Source of the DNA: Eledone cirrhosa | Taxonomy: Eukaryota | Length of the DNA: 64,000 nucleotides | Assembly: GCA_964016885.1 (NCBI GenBank) | Contig: OZ024751.1 | Coordinates: forward strand, 26,226,001-26,290,000 | Direction: 5' to 3' | Part shown: positions 44,030-57,494 of the stretch, piece by piece | How positions within the stretch are numbered: the first letter of the stretch is position 1 | How the letters are laid out: the number at the start of each line of letters is the position of its first letter | Program-made: the position numbers and the translations under genes | Notes under the pieces: model-generated | Databases searched by the model: none | The model's input: the letters and a program-made list of their open reading frames with translations, nothing else | What the model was told of the DNA's origin: nothing

Positions 44030-44630
44030 TTGGTGGATTGGTGGATTGGTGGATTGGTGGATTAGTGGATTGGTGGATTGGTGGATTGGTAGATTGGTGG
44101 ATTGGTGGATTGGTGGATTGGTGGATTAGTGGATTGGTGGATTGGTGGATTGGTGGATTAGTGGATTGGTAGATTGGTGGATTGGTGGATTGGTGGATTA
44201 GTGGATTGGTAGATTGGTGGATTGGTGGATTAGTGGATTGGTGGATTGGTGGATTAGTGGATTGGTAGATTGGTGGATTGGTGGATTAGTGGATTAGTGG
44301 ATTGGTAGATTGGTGGATTGGTGGATTGGTAGATTGGTGGATTGGTGGATTGGTGGATTGATGGATTGGTAGATTAGAGGATTGGTAGATTGGTGGATTG
44401 GTAGATTGGTGGATTGGTGGATTGGTAGATTGGTGGATTAGTGGTTTGGTGGATTGGTGGATTAGTGGATTGGTAGATTGGTGGATTAGAGGATTGGTGG
44501 ATTAGTGGATTGGTGGATTGGTAGATTAATAGATTGGTAGATTGGTATTTTAGTGGATTGGTAGATTGGTGGATTAATGGATTAGAGGATTGGTAGATTG
44601 GTGGATTGGTAGATTAGTGGATTGGTGGAT
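44030..44630. repeat. 8-bp satellite (TGGATTGG)n
   Basis: Directly visible, with variant units. Confidence 0.95.
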
Positions 44631-44877
44631 TCCTTAGGTTTTGCACACCAACTCATTCAGACTGTTTTTATAACAGGATGAATGAGATGGGGTGCAAAAC
44701 CCAACGAAACGTAAGTACCTGTATATGTCACTGTTTTGAATAGTTATATATATATATAATTTTATGCTAAGGTAAGATTCTATTGTTATCTTGGCAATTT
44801 TAATTTTCTAGTGCATTGTATGGTTTTCAAAATTATTTAAATTTGTGTTTCCTATTCAACAATGCTTCAAGCAAACT

Positions 44878-44917
<40 letters not shown>

Positions 44918-45042
44918 GGAGGTGAGTTTTATTGTAGTACAATAAAGCAATGCAGATATCGGATAAGAAGCACTCTACAGTTTGTAGGACTGGAGTATAT
45001 ATAATATATAAGATCAAAAGATGGTTAAAGGAGTTCCATGTA

Positions 45043-45109
45043 TTTTATTATGCGCATTTCAAAAACAAACATCATCATGCAATAATATTTGTGTTTTCAT
45101 CAGATAAAA
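45043..45109 (-). ncRNA. Minimal hammerhead (TGCGCA family), left arm of inverted pair
   Basis: Same motif as 7158-7224 on the minus strand. Confidence 0.87.
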
Positions 45110-45252
45110 CAGGAGAACATGATATGAAGGCTAAAAAACACCTGTGGACAGTGCAGTTTTAAATGTGCAGTTTTAAATCAACATATATGATATGTTGATT
45201 TAAAACTGCACTGTCCACAGGTGTTTTTTAGCCTTCATATCATGTTCTCCTG

Positions 45253-45319
45253 TTTTATCTGATGAAAACACAAATATTATTGCATGATGATGTTTGTTTT
45301 TGAAATGCGCATAATAAAA
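45253..45319 (+). ncRNA. Minimal hammerhead (TGCGCA family), right arm of inverted pair
   Basis: ttttat-CTGATGA-...-GAAA-tgcgca-TA-ataaaa. Confidence 0.87.
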
Positions 45320-45351
45320 TACATGGAACTCCTTTAACCATCTTTTGATCT

Positions 45352-45484
<133 letters not shown>

Positions 45485-45982
45485 TGCGTGCGTGTATGCG
45501 TGTGCCTGTCTGTCTGTGTGTATGTCTGTATGTGTGTGTCTGTGTGTTAACACATTTGTTAAACATGACAGAAAGCAATACACAGATTATAAAGACTAAT
45601 ATCTTTACTTAGTAACTGTATGATCCTCCAAACAAGATGGCTGCCTACTAATCTCGCTTTATTCTTTGATTGCTCTCATTACCATTTATCTGTGCAATCA
45701 AACCTTCAATGTAGATTAGTGACTACAATTGCTTGAACAAATGATTATGATGAAAATATTAGTTATAAGGAACAGGGGTGAGGGGGTGAGAGGAAGTGAG
45801 AGGAAATGGGAGGAAATAGGAGGAAGTGGGAGGAAGTGGGACAGAGTGAGAGATAAAACCAGTTGAACTGACTGAGTCGGATTAATTCCTGAGTGATATC
45901 TGTTCAGTTTCTCTCTGTTCCGAGGTTAACTTTGTCTTTGAGGTCGATAAATAAAGAACCAGTCAATGGTTGTTTATATATT

Positions 45983-46025
45983 GTTAAAGCTCTTTCGTCA
46001 CACATTCTGTGACTTCCTCAGTGCT
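45983..46025 (-). ncRNA. Hammerhead core (GAAAGAAC family), stem I degraded
   Basis: Minus strand: CTGAGGA-a-gtcaca-gaatg-tgtgac-GAAA-gagc-TT. Confidence 0.6.
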
Positions 46026-46398
46026 GGGGTTTTATTTTGTGTCTCTCCTTTGTTCTGTCCTACACCATCTTGTTTTTGTGTGTTGTCAACAACCAACCGG
46101 AAATTTATAATGTGTTTACTGACAGTAAAATACTTGGGGAGGGTCATATTGTTGTAATAATATTGCCAGAAATAATAACAGAACACACTCACAGTTTGGT
46201 TGGTTTTCGCTTCTGTATCTTTTATATCTCCATAGTTAAATAGTTAATTTATTTGGCAATCAACGTTTATCATTGATTGACCAACGGTTAAAAATACAGA
46301 TATAAATATTTATATATATAGTCAATCAAAGTTCTTTCGTTGCACATTTTTATAAAAATGACGTAGACATTACAATACAATAGAAGGGAACATAATAG

Positions 46399-46442
46399 TA
46401 CCACTGATGATGTTGCAGATGTGCAACGAAAGAACTTTGATA
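46399..46442 (+). ncRNA. Hammerhead (GAAAGAAC family) inside inverted-repeat element 46130-46632
   Basis: tacca-CTGATGA-t-gttgca-gatg-tgcaac-GAAA-gaac-TT-tgata. Arms ~46130-46347 and ~46419-46632. Confidence 0.75.
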
Positions 46443-46683
46443 GACTATATATATATATATGTGTTTATATGTGTATTTTTAACCATTGGTCAATCAATGA
46501 TAAACGTTGATTACTAAATAATTTAACTATGGAGATATAAAAGATACAGAAGTGAAAACCAACCAAACACTGAGTGTGTTATGTTATTATTTCTGGCAAT
46601 ATTATTACAACAATATGACCCTCCCCAAGTATAACAATATTTGTTTCGACACACGATTCCATATCAAAATCCTTGTAAAACAA

Positions 46684-46773
<90 letters not shown>

Positions 46774-47202
46774 GTGTGCGTGTGTGCGTGCGCGCGCGCG
46801 TGTGTATACAAATAATGTTTCTACTTTTGGCACAAGGCCAGCAATTACCCCAGTGCGTTACTAGTGCTTTATTTTATCGACCCCGTAAGGATGAAAGTTA
46901 ACCTCGGCGGATTTGAACTCAGAGCGTATAGGGCCATAACTCTATGCTACAAAGCACGGTGTCTGACGCTCTACCGATACTGACGAAGTGTTAGATCTTC
47001 ATTGCGTCTACTGAGGTGTGACGCGCGTTTCGCGATTGATCAGCTCATGGTTCGATCTGTATCGATCTGGCCCGAATCAAAATCTCCTCCTATATAGATA
47101 TATAGATATATATTGTTTCCGTAGGAAAGGTAAAGGAAAGGAGAGTCCTCTATGTAAGCTACAGAGCTATTTAGTTATGTAATAAACAACATAAGACAAT
47201 TA

Positions 47203-47274
47203 TTCCATTTACCAAAGGTTTCACGAAGACAGATGAGCTCAACATAGACGTCTCAAATCGCTCATCAGAATGAA
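47203..47274 (-). ncRNA. Minimal type I hammerhead inside inverted-repeat element ~47173-47425
   Basis: Minus strand: ttcatt-CTGATGA-gcga...tcgt-GAAA-cctttgg-TA-aatggaa. Confidence 0.82.
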
Positions 47275-47731
47275 AATTTATTTGATATGGATGTAACATA
47301 TCAAATAAATTACATCCATATTAAATAAAATTTCAGCGATTTGAGACGTCTGTGTCGAGCTCGTTTGTCTTCGTGAAACCTTTGCTAAATGGAATAATTG
47401 TCTTATGTTGTTTATTACATAACTATATATATAAACATACCTCTAACTACTTCTCTATTGGTCAATTCAAAACCTGTTCCCAAACAGACCTTTTATATTA
47501 AATCTTTGTTGTTTTTTTTTCAATAAATAAATCTCATCATTTCTGAAGACACCATGTATATGTGAAGGTATGTATATTTCCTCTGATAGTTTGTAATATT
47601 TTTACATAGATCTATATGATATACATACCAACACACATATACATCCTAGAAAGGATCGTAAAATGATAAATTTTTTAATATAAGGAACTTGTTCTTTGTT
47701 TTTATTTCATTGTTTTTATTAATTTATATAA

Positions 47732-47762
<31 letters not shown>

Positions 47763-48008
47763 GTAGGAGGTGAGTTTTATTGTAGTACAATAAAGCAATG
47801 CAGATATCGGATAAGAAGCACTCTACAGTTTGTAGGACTGGAGTATACATAATATAAGATCAAAAGATGGTTAAAGGAGTTCCCTGTATTTTATTATGCG
47901 CATTTCAAAAACAAACATCATCATGCAATAATATTTTTGCATGATGATGTTTGTTTTTGAAATGCGCATAATAAAATACATGGAACTCCTTTAACCATCT
48001 TTTGATCT

Positions 48009-48070
<62 letters not shown>

Positions 48071-48111
48071 TATTGACTTAGAAACTCAAAATAGTCTCTT
48101 ACAATTAAATA

Positions 48112-48158
<47 letters not shown>

Positions 48159-48162
<4 letters not shown>

Positions 48163-48921
48163 GTATAGAAATTATTGTGAGCGTGAAGCCAACAGTATTT
48201 CATAATATATAAGTGACTATAACGTCAAAATGGAAAAATAATTAACGTAAGATGTGGGAAAATAATTCAAACTCAATTAAAAAAAAAAAAAAAAAAAAAA
48301 TCAAGACAAATTTATCCACAGAATTTTGTAAAATCCAGGGAAAAATCAATAGAGCCTTAACTCTGAATAAAATAAAGTTTAAATATTCATCCTTCAATTT
48401 TGAAAAACTACAAATGCTCTATATAGTCTTAAAAAGACTATTTCACGAAACTTTCAGTGGGGATGGTCACGGTTGGAGCCGTTCATCAGTAGAGCTCAAA
48501 CGCGATAATCCAAGAACCACTGTTAGAATATGCCAAAAAGGGAATTTAAAAGCAGGCTAGTTCACCTCATGCGTAATTATGAAAATAAACGCACATGGAG
48601 AGACATGGCTGGTGACGTCAGAATGAGACGAATGTCTGTTTACAGGAAACAGCAGTCAAAAAACATTCCGAAAAAAACTCTACAAAATGTAAGGAGTTCA
48701 GCAAAATAGCAATATTATCGCGGTTTTTTTAAAAAAAAGACCGGGATTAGTCACAAATAATTTTAAGCACTCTAGGAAGAATTCCGAGTATAAATATAAA
48801 TGAAAGTATAGAAATTATTGTGAGCGTGAAGCCAACAGTATTTCCTAATATATAAGTGACTATAACGTCAAAATAGAAAAAAAATTAACGTAAGATGTGG
48901 GGAAATAATTCAAACTCAATT
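48159..48921 (-). mobile_element. ~640-nt HHR element with terminal direct redundancy
   Basis: 48159 recurs at 48802 (offset 643). Intact HHR at 48416-48495. Confidence 0.85.
48416..48495 (-). ncRNA. Full type I hammerhead ribozyme
   Basis: Minus strand: gctcta-CTGATGA-acgg...tcgt-GAAA-tagtct..agacta-TA-tagagc. Confidence 0.88.
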
Positions 48922-49450
48922 TAAAAAAAAAATAAAAATAAATAAATAAATAAAATAAATAAATAAATAAAAATATATATATATATAAGGGATGATGATC
49001 TGATTAAGCTAACGTATTTAAAATTGAGTGGCACAGCTTCAAGTGTTCACCAATTTTTAGACAACTTAATCAGTGAAACAATTGTTAATACTGTAAATAA
49101 AACCCTTTTTTTGTACTGTTGACCATGTTATTCTTCACTATTTCAATATATATATAGATATATATATATATGATGATATTAAATAAATGGAAACTATATT
49201 TATAAAACCATATTTATTCTATTATATATATTTCAAGGGTACCTTTCAAGGGTACCGTGTTAAGAAAAAGTCGGCAGATTTTCAATCAACCAACTTTCTT
49301 CAATTGAATAAATAAATATATATATATTTACACACGCATTCTTGTATGTATAAGTATATATATACATGAGTGTATATCATGACTCTATCCCTCCTGCTTG
49401 TCTCCCCTTTATTTGCTCCCTAATCAAGTATCATTACTCACTCAGTGCTG

Positions 49451-49506
<56 letters not shown>

Positions 49507-51928
49507 CCCCTTCTTTTATCGCTTCCTATCCTGTCCTTGTCACACAGCCACTCCTCTCCCTCCCATCTCTGTCTTTACCTTTACCTTTTCCCCTTCCCCC
49601 TCTTACTAGTTCTGACTCACACTCCTCTCATTTCTAATTTCCTCCCCCTTCATATTTTTATAATTTCGTTTTCCTCCCTCTTAATGTTTTCCTCCTCCTC
49701 CACCACCCTCACCCTCTCTCTTTCTCACTCCCTCTATTTCTCTCTCCTCTCTTTTCCTCTATCTTAATCGACGGTTATTTCTTTCCTTTACCAAAAATCA
49801 GTTACTCACATTCTCTCTTTCACTCCCTCATATTTTTTATCTGTCTCTCTCCCCTCCCTCCCTCACATTTCTTTATCTGTTTGTCTCTCTCACTCTCATT
49901 CCCTCCCTCAGGTTTATTTATCAGTTTGTCTATCTTTCACCCTCTCCCTCTATCTATTTATCTGTCCCACTTCCTCCTTCAGCTTTCTTTCTATGTCTCT
50001 TGCCTTCTCCCTTACATTTTTTTGTCTGTTTCTCTCCCACTCTTCTCCAGCTGTGTATTTCACTATTTGTCTCTCTGTCACTCCCTCCCTCATATTTCCC
50101 TATCTGTCTCTCCCTCCTTTACCCTTCCCTATCAGTCTGTCTCTTTCTCTTAGTCACTCCCTCACGTTTCTCTCACTGCCTTTTTCTTCCTCCCCTCTCT
50201 ATCTCTCTCTCAGCACTCTAGCTAGGTTTAGGTCGACGACAAACAACAAAAGCAGGCATTTGTTTTAGCTGTGGTCTAGCAGGCAGACTATATAATACAT
50301 ATATATTATATATACACACATATATATTATATATATGTGTGTGTGTATATATCTACAGTGGAATTAAGAGAACAAACCAAGGCGAAATCTTCTCCTCCCT
50401 ACCCCTATCATCTCTTTACGACAGACCGCCAGTTTTAAGAGAGAGTGTGAATTAAGAAAGTCTTCTCCGTATGTGCTGTGTACAGACACAGACACATATA
50501 TACTCATAGACATAGACACATATATACACTGATATAGATATAGATATACACTGGAATAGACAAAAACCACCCCTCACCATCATAAAGCAAAATCCTTTGA
50601 AAGACAGAAGAGACCTTGGGAGTCTTCATTGAAATTATCCCGTCTCATTCTTACCGTCGACAACCCACCGAAGGAAAACGAAATATTTTGTTTAAATCTA
50701 CGAATTTTTATTTTTATTTTCCACACCAAGGATTATTATTAATACTACTACTATTATTATTATCATTTCCGTGGATTTAACTACTCGATTATTCTGCTGA
50801 AAGGAAGTGCTTGCATTACACACTACAACACCACACTTAACATTGATCACACATATATATATATATATACACATATATAACCATATATATATATATATAT
50901 ACATACACCTCACCACATGAATTCCCTGTAAACTAATATGTATTTTCCTATTCCATACCATACCATAGATATAGATTCTTAACCCTTTTTCTTCTGAGAA
51001 TCCTGCTAGATATAAATATATATTTAAGTTTCTAAAACTAGTAGCCAAATACTTCCCCCTTCTTTTAATTTTAAAAGGTACAAAATTAATTTTTTGTCTT
51101 TTTAAAACTCTAAAAAAGGGATCAAGTCTTTAACAGTAGGGCTCTATCTATCACTCTACATCATATAATTTATATTTAGAAATTTTTTTTCAATATCTAA
51201 TCCCTATTCACGCCTCTCACCGAAAAAATATATATTTTAAAAATATACTAAAACTATCCAACATTCCTCTAGATCTAATGTGGAAAATAAACCAGATTAT
51301 TTTTTAATATAACATAGATACGTTCCCTCTTCTTAAACACATCAACTTGTCGCTTAATTCCTCATATTTTTCTATCTTTAACCAACTTTTATATATTTTT
51401 AATATATATTTGCGACTGTAAAGAAACAGAAACCGATCCCTTTTAAAAGCAAGTTAAGTTATTTTCTGGTAGTTTGGAAAATAAACCTCCTAAACACTTA
51501 TTTTTTAAATATATACACATACATATATTCCTGGTGAACTGCTACATAAGCAACACACAAAGGAAATATAGAAATCTACCAAAGTCTATTGTCACACCCC
51601 GTTATAACCATCCTCATCAGCTTCTATCTGGGTGTGTAGACATATCTCAATATATATACCATATATATTTAAAATATTATATCTACATTTCTTATATATT
51701 TATACATCTTTCTTATAATTTCTTTACTCCTAATCCATCTCGTTTATTTTTATTTTCAATAATCCTTTGGTCCTCCCTCCAATCCTTAAAAAACAACATC
51801 GCACACAAATACACTGAAGAAAAAGCCAAGCGTTCTCATTTCTGTTCTGAAATATAATTTATATCTCTCCATTGAGGAAAAGAAATATTTGAAGGGAAGT
51901 ATATAAATTTGAAAAATAATCTTCAACG

Positions 51929-52046
51929 ATGGGTTGTGCTGTAAGTAGTGTTGATAAGGCTGCTGCCGAGAGGTCGAAAGCCATTGATAAATCATTGAGA
52001 GCCGAAGGAGAAAGGTCTGCCCGGGAAGTTAAATTACTATTACTAG
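51929..52046 (+). CDS. GNAI: Exon 1 of heterotrimeric G-protein alpha subunit, Gi/o family (most like Galpha-i)
   Basis: ATG at 51929 gives [39 protein letters not shown](G). It has the MGCxxS myristoylation/palmitoylation motif and KLLLLG start of the G1 box. The 118 coding nt end in phase 1 at a GTAAGT donor (52047), the conserved Gi/o exon-1 boundary. Confidence 0.95.
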
Positions 52047-52982
52047 GTAAGTAAATAAACTTCTACTAATCCTACTTTACAATACTTTCATTTTCTGGAA
52101 CACTTTTCTCTTTTATAACAATAGCTGTAAAAGCTGAGAATAAGTGTAAAATTACAGACACGTGTAGACCAGGTCCGAACACAGAGGAACCAAACTCCCA
52201 CTGAGATATTACTTCCATTAAACGCAGTCAATTTTCTTTCATTCTGCATTTGTTCGTTCGGGAGGTTTAATGTTCAATGAAATAATGTATCGATTTCATG
52301 TATTGTAATTAATTTAGAAGCATGCTTGTCTTGCTGCGGTGTTGTGGTTACTTATGGCCTTTAAAAAAATATATATACCTTAATTATGGTGATTTGGTAC
52401 CCGGTAAGGGTAATTAGACTGATAGAAAGTAGATATGATCCTCTTCTGAGTATCGATATCACTTGGTATCGATACCTTCCAGGTGGGTATCAATACGAGA
52501 AGCGATAGTTAGAACGTCTGACAGCAAACATATATATTGTTGATCGAAGTGAAAATTCTTTATATGGATTGATAGAGCGTCGCACAAAATGCTTTGCTGA
52601 ATATATTTCAACTGAGTTCAAATCCCGCCGAGATCACCATTGCCTTTTATCCTTTCGAAGTCAATAAAATATCAATCAAGTACTGGGATCGATGGTCATA
52701 TCCCAAGGGTAGCAGCATGTTTCACGCATGTAAACACAGACAAGGGAACCGGTACCTTAATAACCAACCCGAACCCTAACGATAGTTGTGGTGGTGGTGG
52801 TGGTGGTAGTAGTAGTAGTAGTACTTACGTGGTGGTGGTGGTGGTGGTAGTGGTGGTAGTAGTAGTACATACGTAGTGGTAGTAGTAGTAGTAGTACATA
52901 CGTTGTGGTCAACGACCTGGTTTCAATTCCTTGTGGTCCGTCATAAAAAATTCGTGTGTGTGTATATATATATGTGTGTGTT

Positions 52983-53015
<33 letters not shown>

Positions 53016-53139
53016 TGTGTGTGTATACTCACCAAATCCATAGTGTATAATAGAATATTCACGTTAGAGTTAGTGTTGGATGTAAAGAAAGGATTAGAGT
53101 TGGCTAATTTTCACTAGGGCTTCCTCGTTGGTCGCATGC

Positions 53140-53935
53140 CTGTGTGTATATATATATATATGTGTCCGTGTGTATATATATATATATGTGTCCGTGTGTA
53201 TATATATATATATATATATGTGTCCGTGTGTATATATATTTATATATATGTATGTCTGTATATATATATTTATATATATGTATGTCTGTATATATATTTA
53301 TATATATGTATGTCTGTATATATATTTATATATATGTATGTCTGTATATATATTTATATATATGTATGTCTATATATATTTATATATATGTATGTCTGTA
53401 TATATATTTATATATATATATATGTATGTCTGTATATATATTTATATGTATGTCTGTATATATATTTATATATATGTATGTCTGTATATATATTTATATA
53501 TATGTATATGTCTGTATATATATTTATATATATGTATATGTCTGTATATATATTTATATATATGTATATGTCTGTATATATATTTATATATATGTATGTC
53601 TGTATATATATTTATATATATGTATGTCTGTATATATATTTATATATATGTATGTCTGTATATATATTTATATATATGTATGTCTGTATATATATTTATA
53701 TGTATGTCTGTATATATATTTATATGTATGTCTGTATATATATTTATATATATGTATGTCTGTATATATATTTATATATATGTATGTCTGTATATATATA
53801 TATTTATATATGTCTATATATATTTATATATATGTATGTCTGTATATATATTTATATATATGTATGTCTGTATATATATATTTATATATATGTGTATGTC
53901 TGTATATATATATTTATATATATGTATGTGTGTGA
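53140..53935. repeat. AT-rich ~22-28-bp minisatellite (tatatatttatatatatgtatgtctg)
   Basis: Directly visible. Confidence 0.9.
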
Positions 53936-54087
53936 GTATGTGTGTATATATACATATATTTATGTGTGAGAATATACTGTATCACAATTTTCTCTTTCCA
54001 ATCTTATAATACATGTCTCTTCTATAACACGCACACACACACACATATATATATATTAACAAAATAGATATTCTTGTGATCAAGTAT

Positions 54088-54152
54088 ATTTTATTATACA
54101 TATTTCAGAGGTACTGAGTTAAGTTCAACAGTACGTCCTCATCAGATAAAAT
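54088..54152 (-). ncRNA. Minimal hammerhead (TATGTA family), left arm of inverted repeat 54053-54390
   Basis: Minus strand: attttat-CTGATGA-ggacgtactg...cagtacctct-GAAA-tatgta-TA-ataaaat. Confidence 0.87.
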
Positions 54153-54290
54153 AAGATGATGCATGACATACCCTGACATAGTAGATGGTTAAGATTCAGT
54201 CATGGTAGTGATTAACATATGACAAAACTCAATATTTATATGACTGAATCTTAACCATCTACTAAGTCAAGGTATGTCATGCATCATCTT

Positions 54291-54355
54291 ATTTTATCTG
54301 ATGAGGACGTACTGTTGAACTTAACTCAGTACCTCGGAAATATGTATAATAAAAT
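54291..54355 (+). ncRNA. Minimal hammerhead (TATGTA family), right arm
   Basis: attttat-CTGATGA-ggacgtactg...cagtacctcg-GAAA-tatgta-TA-ataaaat. G.G mismatch at the base of stem II. Confidence 0.8.
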
Positions 54356-54649
54356 ATACTTGATCACAAGAATATCTATTTTGTTAATATTTTGAATTAA
54401 TAACTCTGGAAAACCTTTTGTTGAGTGCTTTCAATCTATTGTAAAACTCATTCTTTGATTTATTCATTGAACCTTGTTTAACTTTTAAATATATATATAT
54501 ATATATATATATATTTTTAACTCTGTTCCCACACACTTCTCACCCGAGGAAGGGCTTATGCCCGAAACGTCGTCCCCCACTCTCCTGAGCGTGAATTTAA
54601 TAAACATTTATTGTACTGCCTCTCTGTTCTGTCCCTGTTCAAATTTTTC

Positions 54650-54702
<53 letters not shown>

Positions 54703-55027
54703 ATATGATAGTGTTGTGTCAATATAGTGTTCTGGTCGTGCCAGCAGGATGTCATGGCAACATTCTGTAGTAAAATGGTAACTAAAGTAACAAGTAGTAC
54801 CAATAAATCACTAGTAAAACACCATATGGTTCCAGTCCTGACATATCAAAGCAGTATTCTTCTTTTTGTTATTATTATTATTCTGCTCCTACCCACTTTA
54901 CCACTGTTGTTGTTGTTGTTGATTTCTAAAATATATTGCTACGGGCTCGTCCCTTATTTACTTATACGTATGCCTCCCTCTTGTTGCTGCCTGGAATGCC
55001 ACTCTATTCACAGTCTATACACACACA

Positions 55028-55086
<59 letters not shown>

Positions 55087-55334
55087 ATATATATATATGC
55101 TTCCTTATGATTTCTCCCGAATGAAACAGTTCTAGTCCTGTATAAGCCTTTTCTATATTAAATATATATATATTATATATATATAAAATATATATATAAC
55201 GAAGGAGTTGTGGTAAGGAACCAGATGGACCATAACGCACCAGAGTACTCAATACTTAGTGTAGTAGAGTGGGTAATAGGAGAAAGTATGAAAGTATGAC
55301 CCCGGCGGCAGAGCTCTGCTCGGGGTCATACTTT

Positions 55335-55378
<44 letters not shown>

Positions 55379-55539
55379 AGATCTACAATGTAAAATTATA
55401 AAAATAAATTGTTTAGAACAAGTGAAGTCATTCTTTTCTTTTTTCCAAATATACCTAACTGTACCAAGAGTTTCACACATTTTCCAATATATATATATGT
55501 ATATATATCCATTCATTTTATTAAGGCTGTATAGTGAGT

Positions 55540-55587
55540 CTTGTTACTGTGGAGTTTCGCCTATTTATCACAGGCTCATCAGTCAAG
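55540..55587 (-). ncRNA. Hammerhead in inverted-repeat element 55517-55668; the partner arm (55594-55641, +) has a mutated core
   Basis: Minus strand: cttga-CTGATGA-gcctg-tgataaa-taggc-GAAA-ctccacag-TA-acaag. Confidence 0.75.
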
Positions 55588-55834
55588 CTAGTTCTTGTCC
55601 AATGAGCCTGTGATAAACAGGCTAAACTCCACAGTAACAAGACTCGCTGTTTAGCCTTAATAAAATGTATATTAGAACTCTACTTTGGTATTAAGTACTC
55701 TTTTCTCTCAACCGTCAACCACACACATATATATATATATATATATAAATATATGTAAAATATATATATGTCTAGATATGTATATGTGTCTATATATATG
55801 CATATATGTGTGTCTATATATATATATATGCATA

Positions 55835-55883
<49 letters not shown>

Positions 55884-56784
55884 GCATATGTATGTGTCTA
55901 TATATATATATATATGCATATGTGTGTATATATATATATATATATAAATTACCAATTTGAATTTTGAACTACTTTGTCAGTTATATTAAAAACAAGTATT
56001 GCAACTTCTAATCCCTCCCCCCTCCCTCCCTCTCTTCCCCCTCCTCTCTCTTCCCCCTCTCTCTCTTTCCCCTCCCTCCCTCTCTTTCCCCCCTCCCTCC
56101 CTCTCTCTCTCATACTTCTATTCTATGTAGTTCCCTCTCAATATCTCTCCGGCATTCCTCTACCATTCCACTCGTCCCTCACTGTGTCTATCCATGTCCA
56201 GAGTCATTCCAGCCACTAATAATACACTGGCCAACTGACATTGTCAGCAGCTCTCTCTATCTCTCTCACCCTCCCTTCCCTCTCTATTTCTCTCTCTCCC
56301 TCTTCCCCCTCCCACAGCCGGGGTGGTTTGTAGGGTAGATTGTTCGTTGACGCAGACACTTCCACACATACGTACATACACATAGACACAGGCGCGCGCA
56401 CACATGCATAGCAACCAGGTTATAACGTTTGTATGTGTGTATGTGTATATATATATATATATACACACAATGATGTCTGCAAGTTCTTGGATACCCAATG
56501 ATAGGGGAATAAACCGTATTGAATGTGTGTGTAAGTGTACAATGTATGCATTTGTGTATGAGTGTGCGTGATAGTTAAAACTGTTGCTATACTGTGTGTG
56601 TGTGTGTGTGTTGTGACCCACCACCACCACCACCAAATAAATGTTGCTATGTGATTGTAATGTGTAAGTGTATACATGTGTATGTATGTGTCTATATATA
56701 TATATATATATATATACACATACAGACACGCACAAAGATACACATACTAGGTGGTGAGAAATGTTTTAACTTGCTGTGTGGGAA

Positions 56785-56856
<72 letters not shown>

Positions 56857-57494
56857 GTGTGTGTGGTCATTAGGTGTTAATTGAGTGAAATACAGTCTTA
56901 GATTGTTAAAACAGCTGGCTGTCCTTGTTACACAAGACATGAGACCTTCCACTTGTTAGAAACAGCAGCCAAATGTAACTAGATTCTGAAGTATTGGGTT
57001 GAAGTAGGGAGACTTCCACCTGCTAGAAATAGCAGCCATATGTAACTAGACAGTGAAGTACTGGCTTGAAGTAAGGAGACTTCTACCTGCTGGATGGCCA
57101 TGACTGAAGACTGTAGTAGATCTGCATGATGAGCAAGGGGTGTGAAGTAAGCTACCTGAGCAGGGGGTGTTACCCTGCAAGAGGTAAGTTTCTCGGCATC
57201 AGATACCCCAGCAAAGGGTGTTCTACCCGATAAGACGTAAGCTAACCTAGTAAGAGGTAAGCTTTCCTACATGAAATGAGCTACCCAGTAAAATAAACTT
57301 ACAAATATGTTCATGAAAACTTCACATCTAGTTGCCACACACACCCTCTTTGGTTTAGCAGAAATTATTTACTTAAACTTTTAATCTGTGCTGATAATAA
57401 ATATTTGTTCTATGGATGGACACACAGTGGGGGGATGCACTAGTTTAACTAATGTCATGAATCTAGCTTAACTAATGTCATGAATCTTGGGTAA

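Noticed and set aside
48252-48560. 102-aa ORF in the 640-nt element
   Set aside because: Antisense to the ribozyme strand, runs through a poly-A tract, is not kept open in the other copies, and has no recognisable domain.
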